Below, piece by piece: positions 51,432 through 61,076 of a DNA stretch of 64,000 nucleotides; the first letter of the stretch is position 1; each line of letters begins with the position of its first letter. The position numbers and the translations under genes were made by a program. The stretch covers positions 1,664,001-1,728,000 of the forward strand of contig CAVZJV010000014.1 of NCBI GenBank assembly GCA_963775685.1. Reading direction: 5' to 3'. The notes under the pieces are model-generated. The model did not search any database and was not told the origin of the DNA. It was given only the letters and a program-made list of their open reading frames with translations. This DNA comes from Candidatus Bathyarchaeota archaeon (GTDB lineage: Archaea; Thermoproteota; Bathyarchaeia; Bathyarchaeales; Bathycorpusculaceae).

Positions 51432-51579
51432 CAATTCTGAAAAATTAGCCTTTTTACTTTTCTTTTTTAATAAAAACATAATCTAATAAAAATATAAAAC
51501 CATCTAAGCACAAATCAACCTGCAACTATTTTGCAATAGGCATAATAGCCATAATTCTAATTGATATCTGGGAATACAT

Positions 51580-52062
51580 ATGTCAGGACAATCAAATCAA
51601 CCCGAAACCAAAGTTCTACTCCATACAAACATGGGCGATATAACCATAGATTTACGCAATGACATGCCAATTACAACTGGTAACTTCAAAAATCTCGTAC
51701 AAAAGGGAACTTATAACGGCACAATCTTCCACCGCGTTATACCTGGATTCATGATTCAAGGCGGAGACCCAACAGGCACCGGATACGGCGACCCATCAAT
51801 CCCAGAGATAAAAGACGAATTCACAAAAACCAACCGTAACGATAGAGGCACCATCTCTATGGCAAATGCAGGCCCGAACACTGGAAGTAGCCAATTCTTC
51901 ATCAATCAAGTAAACAACAATTTTTTAGACAGTAAGCACCCTGCTTTCGGGAAAGTTATCGCTGGAATGGATGTCTTAGACAAAATTGCCAAAGTACCAA
52001 CCAACTCAAATGATAAACCGCGAACTAACGTAACTATAATCAGCGCATCAATCTTGACTTAG
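51580..52062 (+). CDS. Cyclophilin-type PPIase
   Basis: FHRVIPGFMIQGGDPTG, SMANAGPNTGSSQFFI, LDSKH. Confidence 0.95.
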   Translation: MSGQSNQPETKVLLHTNMGDITIDLRNDMPITTGNFKNLVQKGTYNGTIFHRVIPGFMIQGGDPTGTGYGDPSIPEIKDEFTKTNRNDRGTISMANAGPNTGSSQFFINQVNNNFLDSKHPAFGKVIAGMDVLDKIAKVPTNSNDKPRTNVTIISASILT

Positions 52063-52089
52063 ACAAAAATAGAGAGTTAAAAAATTAAA

Positions 52090-52293
52090 CTATTTTTTCT
52101 TTTCTTCTTCAGGTTTAGGCTTTGAACCTATCTCTACAACTTGTATGCTGATTTGATATTTTTTGCCGCCGGCGACCATCTTTCCTGTTCCATAGTAGCC
52201 TCGGCTGCCTGTTTTGAAGTCTTTTTTGTCGAGGATGAAGTTTTGTTTTTCGCCGTTAAGCTGGATAGTTGACATGTTTACATCGTTACTCAT
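52090..52293 (-). CDS. Small basic conserved protein (F-K-T-G-S-x-G motif)
   Basis: KDFKTGSRGYYGTGK...YQISIQVVEIGSK; AGGTGA RBS. Confidence 0.7.
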   Translation of the reverse strand: MSNDVNMSTIQLNGEKQNFILDKKDFKTGSRGYYGTGKMVAGGKKYQISIQVVEIGSKPKPEEEKKK

Positions 52294-52539
52294 TTGAGTT
52301 CACCTGTTACTTTTTATCTAGGCAGTGTGGCTTTTCACCTTTTCGCTCCAACTGTCAGGCGCTACCTGATTTAGAGTAGTTTCTTATTTTTCGTTAACCC
52401 AAGTCTGAAAGTGGCTTCAAAATGAAGGGCAATGCTTGTTTTATGCGCTCCGCCGATTTCTTTGTTTTGTGTGTAACAGAAGATTCTGCAAAATCTTTAT
52501 TCGCTAATCGGTTATTTCAAGAGTTAATATGTGAGACAT

Positions 52540-52893
52540 ATGTTGTTCAAAAGTGAAAAAATTATCGGCTACGCCCTACTAATCTTAGGGCTCATACTGC
52601 TGCTCTTCTCGATCTTCGAAATGGTAAACGTCTACTACGGCAATGCGCCGCCCCCACAACTATTCAACATCGGCGATATTTCTCTGTCGATAGGAGACAA
52701 CGGACCCGGCGTGTCGTTGATTCAGGGTGCTCAAGTAAGCCAGCTTCCTAACTTGTTTTTCTGGTTTATCTTGATGGGCTTTATGTTGCTCGCTGGAGGC
52801 AAAATTGCTTCGCTGGGCGTCAGCATGATTAAGGATATTAAGGTAGAAATAAACGGGCCAATGTCAGCGCCGCCAGAAACAAAAAACGCCTAA
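52540..52893 (+). CDS. Two-TM hypothetical membrane protein
   Basis: EKIIGYALL...GGKIASLGVSMIK. Confidence 0.7.
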   Translation: MLFKSEKIIGYALLILGLILLLFSIFEMVNVYYGNAPPPQLFNIGDISLSIGDNGPGVSLIQGAQVSQLPNLFFWFILMGFMLLAGGKIASLGVSMIKDIKVEINGPMSAPPETKNA

Positions 52894-52915
52894 ACAAAAA
52901 AATACGTGACTGCCT

Positions 52916-53353
52916 ATGGATGCTACTGAATACATCAAAATTCTTTTAGACGTCTTGGTAGCTGCAGTCATATCAACAGTCCTGTTTTTCATAGCACGCC
53001 GCACCCGAAAAGAACAGACCTTTGTCGGCTACAAGTCGGGATCGAAAGATGAAAAATACGTCGGATACATTTTGCTGGCAGTTGGCATAGCCATTATAGG
53101 TGTTTCAATCTATGAATTGATTGTGCTCTTAAACGGAAACTATTATTCGCAGATTCCTTTGGGCTTATCTGGTCTTCAGATAACAGTCGGAAGCCAAACC
53201 ACAGATATACTGTCAGCACAGATTCTAGGCTTAAGCTTTGGAATATCTTTCTGGCTATTGATTTTTGGGTACGGTGGAAGAAAACTCGTAACGCTTGGAA
53301 TTGACATGCTTAAAGGCAGAGAAGTAAAAATTATCCGAAAACTCAAAACTTAA
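52916..53353 (+). CDS. Membrane protein, paralogue of the preceding gene
   Basis: EKYVGYILL...GRKLVTLGIDMLK. Confidence 0.7.
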   Translation: MDATEYIKILLDVLVAAVISTVLFFIARRTRKEQTFVGYKSGSKDEKYVGYILLAVGIAIIGVSIYELIVLLNGNYYSQIPLGLSGLQITVGSQTTDILSAQILGLSFGISFWLLIFGYGGRKLVTLGIDMLKGREVKIIRKLKT

Positions 53354-53373
53354 TCTCAGAGTAAAAGAAGAAA

Positions 53374-53452
53374 TGGTGCGGTCGCCGGGATTTGAACCCG
53401 GGATCATTAGCTTGGAAGGCTAAAGTCCTAAACCAGACTAGACGACAACCGC
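53374..53452 (-). tRNA. tRNA-Gly(TCC), CCA encoded, no intron
   Basis: Acceptor GCGGTTG/CGACCGC, anticodon arm TTAGC-CTTCCAA-GCTAA, T arm CCGGG-TTCAAAT-CCCGG. Confidence 0.95.
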
Positions 53453-53851
53453 TCATATTTTGCTGTTTAAGGCTGTTTTTGGGCTTATATAGGTCATGGG
53501 CTTCATTGTTTTGTCTTTGACCTATTTGACCACTTGTTGCCTTTTCAGTTGCCAGAGAGATGCATTGAGTGATTTTAATAAAGTTTTCAGAGAATCTAAG
53601 TCTATCTATCCTGCAATAGGTAGATTGGGGCTTATGCGATACTGCATGCATTGTGGGATTAATGGCGTACCCTTGCATAATTAATATCGCGTTACTTGTT
53701 TAGAAATATCTGGTTAATCCTGTCTTCTTGAAGCGGCATTCTACTTTTCACATTTAATCTTCATCTTAACCAAACTGTAGTTTGTTCCCAGACTGGTTAA
53801 CTTTGGATATAAAGACCGTTGAGAAATCATTCGGAAGTTGATTTCTGAAAA

Positions 53852-53995
53852 CTAAACATGCATTGATTGATTAATTTTAACCTTGAATTGATTGTGGCAT
53901 CTTTCACAACTATAGGCTTGAATAGTAAAACTATAGTTTTTTAATTCCCTTGAAGGTTTGGTAACTTCTTTGCCACAGCTGGGACAGTGCACCAT
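53852..53995 (-). CDS. 47-aa zinc-ribbon protein
   Basis: MVHCPSCGKEVTKPSRELKNYSFTIQAYSCERCHNQFKVKINQSMHV; AAGGTTGA RBS. Confidence 0.65.
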   Translation of the reverse strand: MVHCPSCGKEVTKPSRELKNYSFTIQAYSCERCHNQFKVKINQSMHV

Positions 53996-54400
53996 TGCGC
54001 ATCAACCTTTCACATTGGGTGAAGTAAGAATATGAATATTATGAACTCCGAATCAGTGAATAAGCGATAAAATCCAAATCAACCATTGACAATTTCCAAT
54101 AATTCATTTAATAAAACAGAAGGATTGCCCGAAAGTATAATGAGCCCACGTATCGAGTTTTCTCTTGCCGTTTGATTTAAGTGAAAAATATTGTTTCTTG
54201 AATTGAGAGCCTAAACGGGGACTATCCTACTCCATTCCCTTAGGCGCAGCATTAATTTTAACCTTCTTTTATAGTGAATGAATAATGACAGCAGTACATT
54301 TGAATCTGTTAGGTATCCGTTTTTTAGACTGAGAATTTTATCACATTTTAATACCTTTTAATATAGGTCGTCTTTCATAGAAGAACCTTCTAACAAAAAT

Positions 54401-54832
54401 AGGTCTTACGCCTCAATCTCGCTTTTGAAAACTTTCGAATTTGACCTTGCAAGCAACTAACAAATGAAATCTTTTAAGCAAGTCTAACATGGATAAAATC
54501 AGTGGCATCATGAGAAGATTTAGATTAGTGGGTTGGTCTCTTTTTTTGATTGGTTTGGTGCTCCTCACTATATTGTTGGTTGAGGAGTTCTCCAACAATT
54601 TGAATTATTATTACAAACATCAAGTCAACTTTGTCTTGTTATTCGGGGTTGGAACGATATTATCGGCAATAGGTTTTGTGATTCTTTGGGGAAAAAACCA
54701 GAGAAACAACAAAAGCCCTCTTCTCAGAATAAAAATGACATTCTTGCATTCACAAAAAAGAAGAAAAGTTCATAATCTGAAGGAGGTCTTACGCCTCTAT
54801 CTTTCTGTTGAAGACTTTTTCGTTCTTGACCT
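54401..54832. repeat. Pair of ~48-bp imperfect direct repeats (54401-54447, 54784-54832)
   Basis: Both start AGGTCTTACGCCTC and end TTGACCT; about 80% identical by eye. Confidence 0.6.
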
Positions 54833-54860
54833 CAAAATAGCTTGGTCAAATAACCATTGA
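54489..54860 (+). CDS. Small two-TM hypothetical protein
   Basis: Two hydrophobic helices; AT-rich; 3' end runs through the repeat, so the boundary is doubtful. Confidence 0.4.
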   Translation: MDKISGIMRRFRLVGWSLFLIGLVLLTILLVEEFSNNLNYYYKHQVNFVLLFGVGTILSAIGFVILWGKNQRNNKSPLLRIKMTFLHSQKRRKVHNLKEVLRLYLSVEDFFVLDLKIAWSNNH

Positions 54861-55509
54861 AGAAAAATTTATGAACACAAATTTGAATGGTGAACTCGTT
54901 TTGAAGAAAGAATTAAGGAGAGGGTTCGTAGTATGAAATGGGTGTAGGTTGGAACCAAGCATCAGGATTTTGGAACTTCACAAATGGCATATTGCTATTC
55001 TGTTTTTTTTCAGCGATTAATTGCTTAATTGTCTCAAACAATACCAGAATTATTTGCACAAAATCTTGCAGCAATAATGATAATTGCGGGCTCTATTGGT
55101 ATGATAATCCTAAAAAGAAAAAATAAATTATCTTTGACTTAATCTTTTAATTGCTAAGAATTAAAATGGATTGAGGGGCATATTACCCCATCTCCCTTGT
55201 GAGAAGCTTCTCCTTTCTCCTCAAACAAGAAGTTGGTTGCAAGCCTTAAAAGGGATATTTCAAAAGATGGAATATGTCAAAAAGGCAATATTGGTTTTAG
55301 CTTAACCATCTAAAATACTAACTAAACAATACAGCCTTGGCAAAGGATATAAGTAAAATAGTGACTCGCTCGTTGGGCATTCTTATTGGTTTAGGGGTAT
55401 TTTTGTCATTATTGACGTTGCTTACCTTCTCTATTTACCTAAGAGATAGAATAGGAAGAGCCAAATTTGCGAAGTTTTCTCTATTGCTGTCCCGATAACA
55501 AAAAAGGTC

Positions 55510-55905
55510 CTATATCTTAGCGTTTGTTAACAGCACTTTTCTAGATAGTTGTCTATAGTCAAGGTAGGCAAAGACTACTAGCAGTATTGTCCATGATATG
55601 AATATGCCATGAGCGCCCCCTATAAAAATTGGGTCTGAAATTACTCTATTGATAATCGAAATACCAATCAGAAAAAGTGGCCCCATTTTTCTTCTTCTAA
55701 AAATCCATACCAAAGCAATAAAGTTTAGAACTGCAAAAACAGCCGCATTTACAACCGCTATCGTATAATCTACAGCTAAACTGAAACGGGCATATGGTTC
55801 ACCCCCCATAGGGCCATTTCTAATCCACAGGATCATTGAAGCAATTTCACCAATGATTGTTAATGCAGTTAGGACTAACAGGATTCTATGAGCTAAATCC
55901 TTCAT
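55510..55905 (-). CDS. Four-TM hypothetical membrane protein
   Basis: 131 aa, hydrophobic helices. Confidence 0.6.
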   Translation of the reverse strand: MKDLAHRILLVLTALTIIGEIASMILWIRNGPMGGEPYARFSLAVDYTIAVVNAAVFAVLNFIALVWIFRRRKMGPLFLIGISIINRVISDPIFIGGAHGIFISWTILLVVFAYLDYRQLSRKVLLTNAKI

Positions 55906-56152
55906 AATTCAATGAAAACGAGTTACTGGAATAAAAGCATGAATGATATAAGGCCAGCATATTTGTTATCTATTTTGCCTAACTTGTGGGTTTAGATTGA
56001 GTCCAATCAAAAAACACAACAGCAGGGTTTAGTTAATATTTACTTTAGCTCATTCATTACTTCCTTGGATGAAACCTTGGAAAAATCACTTTTGCAGGGG
56101 AAGCCTATATCTTAGTCACGATTTATCCATACTGTAGTTTAGGTTGAAAAAG

Positions 56153-56431
56153 ATGAGTTCAGGAAAGGATAGGCATAAAATTCCAGGAAGCCGAATGAAA
56201 ATCCTAACCAAAGACGCAAAACAAATGGTAAACGGACCATACTACTGCCCCAAGTGCCGAAAGGAACTACTTCAGATTTGTGCCGACCTGAAAAAGAAAG
56301 AAGTTTACGCAATCTGCAAATGTGAACTTGAGTGGCCTCTAACTTATGCGCCGGTTTTTCAACCAATCGACTACTACAACAAGTTCCGCGACGCATGGAA
56401 AAAGCAAAGCTACGGAATAATAAAAAAATAA
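56153..56431 (+). CDS. Elf1-like zinc-ribbon protein
   Basis: Basic N-terminus, YYCPKC, AICKC, QPIDYYNKFRD resembling Elf1 EPVDxYxxFxD. Confidence 0.65.
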   Translation: MSSGKDRHKIPGSRMKILTKDAKQMVNGPYYCPKCRKELLQICADLKKKEVYAICKCELEWPLTYAPVFQPIDYYNKFRDAWKKQSYGIIKK

Positions 56432-56520
56432 GCCCGAACGTTATGTTTTCATTCAAAAACCAATAAAACAAATCGTCTATAAGCAGGAACCAATCCGTAC
56501 TATCGAATGGAGCAAACGCC

Positions 56521-56989
56521 TTGACCGAGCAAAAACTTGACTTTACCCGAAGACTGCTTGTTTTGGGCAACCTTACGCTTCTTGGATGGATCTTCTCAGC
56601 TTTCTTTAGCGTTTTATTCTACAATTTCCTTTACAGTTGGCTTTACCTGATTTTTACTAGCATTCATGGTTTACGGGGTTTTGCGTAGGTTAGGCTGCAG
56701 TAACTGCTACATGTGCAAAACGTGTTCAAGCGGTTTTGGCAGGTTGGCAGGAGCTTTTTTTGGAAAAGGATTCGTTAAGAAAGAGAGTGTAGGCAACAGG
56801 ATTGGATTGGTGGCATTCATTTATTTGCTACTGTTTCCTATTCCGGCTGTTTTGTTGTCGGTTTCGCTTATGGGCTCGTTTTCATACTTTAAAGTGTTGG
56901 CAGCAACTTGCCTTTTAGCCGTAACGGCATATAGCTTAACAACCTGGTTCAATCGTTCGACAACAACCAAAAAACCTGATTTGGGATAA
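56521..56989 (+). CDS. Membrane protein with CxxCxxCxxC motif (apparent +1 frameshift at ~56653)
   Basis: TTG start, TM helices; removing one T restores YLILLAFMVYGVLRRLGCSNCYMCKTC. Confidence 0.6.
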
Positions 56990-57073
56990 CTTTTAAACAT
57001 TAGAATACAAACATTACCGACAACGAAATAGACAAAGAGGGGTGGACTCTCGCTGAAGCAAAAACCTACTAAA

Positions 57074-58171
57074 TTGTTCATCATCATAACTTTATTTCTC
57101 ATAGTATCTGCTTTAGTGGTTGCCCCACAAAAAGCCGCAGCACAAACCAACGGATACTACGACAAATATTTCCAGTGGGATTATAACGGGCAACATTGGA
57201 CATGGAACCTGAGCATTCCAGTAGACTTATACAATGCCTACAAGTCGGTTCCAGTTTCCACCCGGACACATGATGGACCCGCAGGATACGGTTTCTGCAC
57301 TACAACAAAAGACGCTTACGTTCAAAACTTAGCTAAAGAACTAAATGACACCGCAAACAGGCAAGGATACAATTCATTTGACGAAGTTAGCTTTGTGTTA
57401 GCGTTTGTGCAAAGTTTACCCTATACCTCTGATTCGGTGACGACGGGGCATGATGAGTACCCGAGGTTTCCAATAGAAACATTGGTGGATGATGGCGGAG
57501 ATTGCGAGGATACATCAATACTATTTGCGACGTTAACCCTCATTATGGGTTATGGTACAGTGTACATTAATCCGCCAAACCACTACGCTGTCGGTGTTTT
57601 AGGAGACGACCTCCGTGGATCATACTGGACTTACCCAGAAGGATCCAACAAAACTTATTATTACAGCGAAACAACCGGCAACGGATTTATGATTGGACAG
57701 TTACCAGACGAGTTCCGCGGTCAAAGCGCCTACATCTACGCGATAGATGAAAGTAAACAGTTTATTCCCACAGTAGTTTCGCTACCAACTCCTGAACCTC
57801 AGCCAACAGATTCAACTGTCCCAACAGAACCCAATCAAACCCTGCAGCCAACGCCAACATATTCCTCTTCACCAACAATCCCCCAACCAAGCGTTGACCC
57901 TCCTCTGCAGCTACTTTCGTTCAGCATAATCTCTGACAACCCACTCTTGTTCGTACTAATTATTTTCGCCGTAGTTATTTCGCTAGGTATAACAGTTTGG
58001 TCAAACAGAAGACCAAAGATGATGTTAAACAAGACAACTACCTCTGAATTACAGAGCACAGCGCAACCAGACCCAGCCGGTTTAGAGGGAAATAAGTTCT
58101 GCATTTTTTGTGGTTCAAGCAACAAAAACTATGCTGCCTTCTGTGAGAGCTGCGGCAAAAAAATGGAGTAA
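57074..58171 (+). CDS. Surface transglutaminase-like protein with PT linker, TM and cytoplasmic zinc ribbon
   Basis: Signal peptide, FVQSLPY, YPRFPIETL, GDCED, HYAVG, ETT; FCIFCG...FCESCG. Confidence 0.82.
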   Translation: MFIIITLFLIVSALVVAPQKAAAQTNGYYDKYFQWDYNGQHWTWNLSIPVDLYNAYKSVPVSTRTHDGPAGYGFCTTTKDAYVQNLAKELNDTANRQGYNSFDEVSFVLAFVQSLPYTSDSVTTGHDEYPRFPIETLVDDGGDCEDTSILFATLTLIMGYGTVYINPPNHYAVGVLGDDLRGSYWTYPEGSNKTYYYSETTGNGFMIGQLPDEFRGQSAYIYAIDESKQFIPTVVSLPTPEPQPTDSTVPTEPNQTLQPTPTYSSSPTIPQPSVDPPLQLLSFSIISDNPLLFVLIIFAVVISLGITVWSNRRPKMMLNKTTTSELQSTAQPDPAGLEGNKFCIFCGSSNKNYAAFCESCGKKME

Positions 58172-58181
58172 ATTACTCAAA

Positions 58182-58700
58182 TTATTTCAAGACTTCAACT
58201 GAAAACGCATCGATTTTGGAGCGAACATAAACTACAATTGTCGCCTCTAAAAATATGATAACTGAAAGAAAAGCCGACAGTTCCCATGTTAAATTAATGA
58301 ATGCTTGAGCAGCAGCTAAATCAATGTTGCCCCCGGAAGTAACTATCCAATTCCAAAAACTGGGTTTGAGGGTAGCGTTAAAACCGGTTAAATCTAAAGC
58401 TATCCAAATACATAAGCCGACGAGAACTCCAGCTAAGAAGCAGCCGACAAGAGTGATGTTTTTCCAGTCAGATGCCAAACTTGAAGAAAAACGTATCCTT
58501 GTACCCTTATCAATTGGCTGAAAATCTACGTTGATGTTTTTTTTGGCGGTCTTGGGCGTTATTCCCCAAAGCGAACCCTGATTAAATCTGATTTGGATAG
58601 GCGGCTGTTCACAGATTACTTTGCAACATTTCGCGGTTAAAGCAGCCTTCAACTGTGAATAAGCTTCTTCAGTTTTTAACCTGACTGTTCGCTCAATCAA
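58182..58700 (-). CDS. Hypothetical membrane protein
   Basis: QGSLWGITPK N-domain + 2 TM; TTG start inferred. Confidence 0.6.
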   Translation of the reverse strand: MIERTVRLKTEEAYSQLKAALTAKCCKVICEQPPIQIRFNQGSLWGITPKTAKKNINVDFQPIDKGTRIRFSSSLASDWKNITLVGCFLAGVLVGLCIWIALDLTGFNATLKPSFWNWIVTSGGNIDLAAAQAFINLTWELSAFLSVIIFLEATIVVYVRSKIDAFSVEVLK

Positions 58701-58731
58701 CCAGACACCACATGCAATTATGCGTTTGTTG

Positions 58732-59388
58732 CTATTGTGGTTTTTCGTTAGATTTAAAAAGCCGCTTTTGATACTGCGACCTGGGCTTAAAACCCCTGAT
58801 AGGCTGACGTGGCATAGCTCGTTGGCGTTCAAGGTTTTTGATTCTTGCGTAGAGTTTTGAAACTTTGGTCTTAGACGGAACCTTCGATTTTGGAATATGT
58901 ACTGGCACAGGCGTGAAAGGCTGGGTGATTTCCAATTTTTTCTTCCCAGATTTCTTAAACGATACGTTGCGCACTTTCTTGAATGTCACGTTTCCCTGTT
59001 TGAGGTTGACTTCATGCACTTCCCAGCCTGCATCAAGCCAAGCCTTCGCATGTGCACTCGCAGATGTGTTGCTCCACCAAGCTGGGTCGCGAAAAGCAGC
59101 CATGGGAAGATTACTGCCTATTAACCCGTCAATGCGTGCAAACTTGAGTGTAACGGTGTCGGTGAATGCAGCTCTGAATTTTAGATGACTTCCAAGTCCA
59201 GCCCACTTTGAAACAATCCGTGGCGAAACCACTCGCCTAGCACAGTGAAGGCAGAGCATCGCATTTGGGTCACCGGTGGCAATGTCAGGTGTCATGCAGT
59301 CTCGACAGAACATTTTCTTGCAACGTTGACACTGCCGCATGTACGTTGTGCGCATAACTCTACCGCATATTCCACATTCATCCTTCAT
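58732..59388 (-). CDS. Zinc-finger + DUF7662-like domain protein
   Basis: Four CxxC pairs; TLKFARIDGLIG..LP.AA....WWSN....HAKAWLDAGW; basic tail. Confidence 0.7.
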   Translation of the reverse strand: MKDECGICGRVMRTTYMRQCQRCKKMFCRDCMTPDIATGDPNAMLCLHCARRVVSPRIVSKWAGLGSHLKFRAAFTDTVTLKFARIDGLIGSNLPMAAFRDPAWWSNTSASAHAKAWLDAGWEVHEVNLKQGNVTFKKVRNVSFKKSGKKKLEITQPFTPVPVHIPKSKVPSKTKVSKLYARIKNLERQRAMPRQPIRGFKPRSQYQKRLFKSNEKPQ

Positions 59389-59546
59389 GAAGCTGCACTT
59401 CAAGCGATGAGGAAAAATCGCTTATAGTATATTTCGTTTTATTCAGATATTAATTTTCAGTTGAAAAACGACGTTTTACCTGAAAACTATGCTATTAAAT
59501 TGGGTAATCCTTAGAAGATTTCTGGAAAAAGAAAGATGAATGCGGA

Positions 59547-61025
59547 CTAACCTTTCACAACAGCTAATGGAACAAGCCTTGCAACTTTGGTGGCTATCCC
59601 AACTTTGTCACTGACGTCGGCAACCGTGTCCACGTTCTTGTACGCTGGGTCAGCTTCCTCAGCCAACACTGAAGCGCTTGCCGCACGAACCACAATACCT
59701 CTTTTCTCCAAGGCTGTCTTTATGTCACCGCCCCAATATTGCCGCTTTGCTGCCGAGCGACTCATCATCCTGCCTGCACCATGCGCTGTTGAGCCAAAGG
59801 TCAAATCCATGGCCTTCTGAGAGCCCACAAGGACCCATGAACTGGTGCCCATACTACCAGGAATAAGCACAGGTTGCCCTTCGCTACGATAATCCTCTGG
59901 AACATCGAGGTGACCCGCTGGGAAAGCGCGAGTTGCACCTTTTCGGTGAACCCAAACCTTCTTTTGGACGCCGTCAATGTTGTGGGTTTCCATTTTGGCG
60001 ATGTTGTGGGCGACGTCGTAGACGAGGTTTAAGCCGAATTTCTCTGGGTCCTGCCCATAGACTTGCTGGAAGCTCTGGCGAACCCAATGCATAATAGCCT
60101 GACGATTTGCAAAGGCATAGTTTACGGCGCAAGCCATAGCCTCTATGTAGTCGCGTGCTTCAGGGCTGTTTCCTGGAGCGCAAGCTAATTCGCGATCGGG
60201 CAGGGATATCTTGTATTTTTGAACAGCGTGCTCCATGACTCTAAGATAATCAGAGCAGACTTGGTGACCATACCCTCTGGAGCCGCAGTGGATCATTACA
60301 GTAACTTGACCTTCACCTGTGATCCCGAAGGCTTTGGCTGTTTTGGGATTGAAGATTTTATCAACTTTCTGGATTTCCAGGAAGTGGTTGCCGGAGCCCA
60401 AGGTACCGATTTGTGTTAATCCCCGGTTTTTAGCGGTGGTTGAAACTTTGTCGGGGTTGGCGTTTTTCATATGCCCGTTTTCCTCGCAGTGGTCCGCATC
60501 TCCTGCCCAGCCTAATCCGCGGTCAATAAGCCACTGTACGCCTTCAACTGCTAGTGTTTCTAAGTCCCGCGGGGATATTGTGAAGTCTTTTCTGCGGCTT
60601 CCCAGACCCGAGGGAACGTTGTGGAAGATAGTTTCTGCCAAGGGCGCAAGTTTGGGGCGCACATCTTTTTCTGTGAGCGTTGTTGATAGCAAGCGGACGC
60701 CACAGTTTATATCGTATCCGACGCCGCCTGGGCTGATAACACCGTTTTCGTAGTCGGTTGCAGCTACACCGCCGATGGGAAAACCGTATCCCTCGTGACC
60801 ATCTGGAAGTGTTATGGCATGCTTGTAGATGCCGGGCAGCTGCGCAACGTTTGAGCATTGCCATAGCGTTCGGTCAGTCTGCATCTTCTCCAAAAGTGTT
60901 TGGTTAGCAAAAATCATGCCTGGAACTCTCATCTCAGGCTTGTATTTGGGAATTTGCCACATGTAATCGGTAACTTTCTCTAACGGAACCCGTTCGGGAA
61001 AGGCTATGCTTTCACTTTCACCCAA
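59547..61025 (-). CDS. rtcB: RNA-splicing ligase RtcB
   Basis: LPDGHEGYGFPIGG, GYDINCG, GTLGSGNHFLE, HCGSRG, HRKGAT, HGAGR. Confidence 0.97.
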   Translation of the reverse strand: MGESESIAFPERVPLEKVTDYMWQIPKYKPEMRVPGMIFANQTLLEKMQTDRTLWQCSNVAQLPGIYKHAITLPDGHEGYGFPIGGVAATDYENGVISPGGVGYDINCGVRLLSTTLTEKDVRPKLAPLAETIFHNVPSGLGSRRKDFTISPRDLETLAVEGVQWLIDRGLGWAGDADHCEENGHMKNANPDKVSTTAKNRGLTQIGTLGSGNHFLEIQKVDKIFNPKTAKAFGITGEGQVTVMIHCGSRGYGHQVCSDYLRVMEHAVQKYKISLPDRELACAPGNSPEARDYIEAMACAVNYAFANRQAIMHWVRQSFQQVYGQDPEKFGLNLVYDVAHNIAKMETHNIDGVQKKVWVHRKGATRAFPAGHLDVPEDYRSEGQPVLIPGSMGTSSWVLVGSQKAMDLTFGSTAHGAGRMMSRSAAKRQYWGGDIKTALEKRGIVVRAASASVLAEEADPAYKNVDTVADVSDKVGIATKVARLVPLAVVKG

Positions 61026-61076
61026 AACTTTTCACCGAGGGAACAAAGGTTGAGGGTGATTATAAAATGTTTATGG

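Noticed and set aside
53343-53684. ORFs overlapping or adjacent to tRNA-Gly
   Set aside because: One spans the tRNA and the other has no coding features
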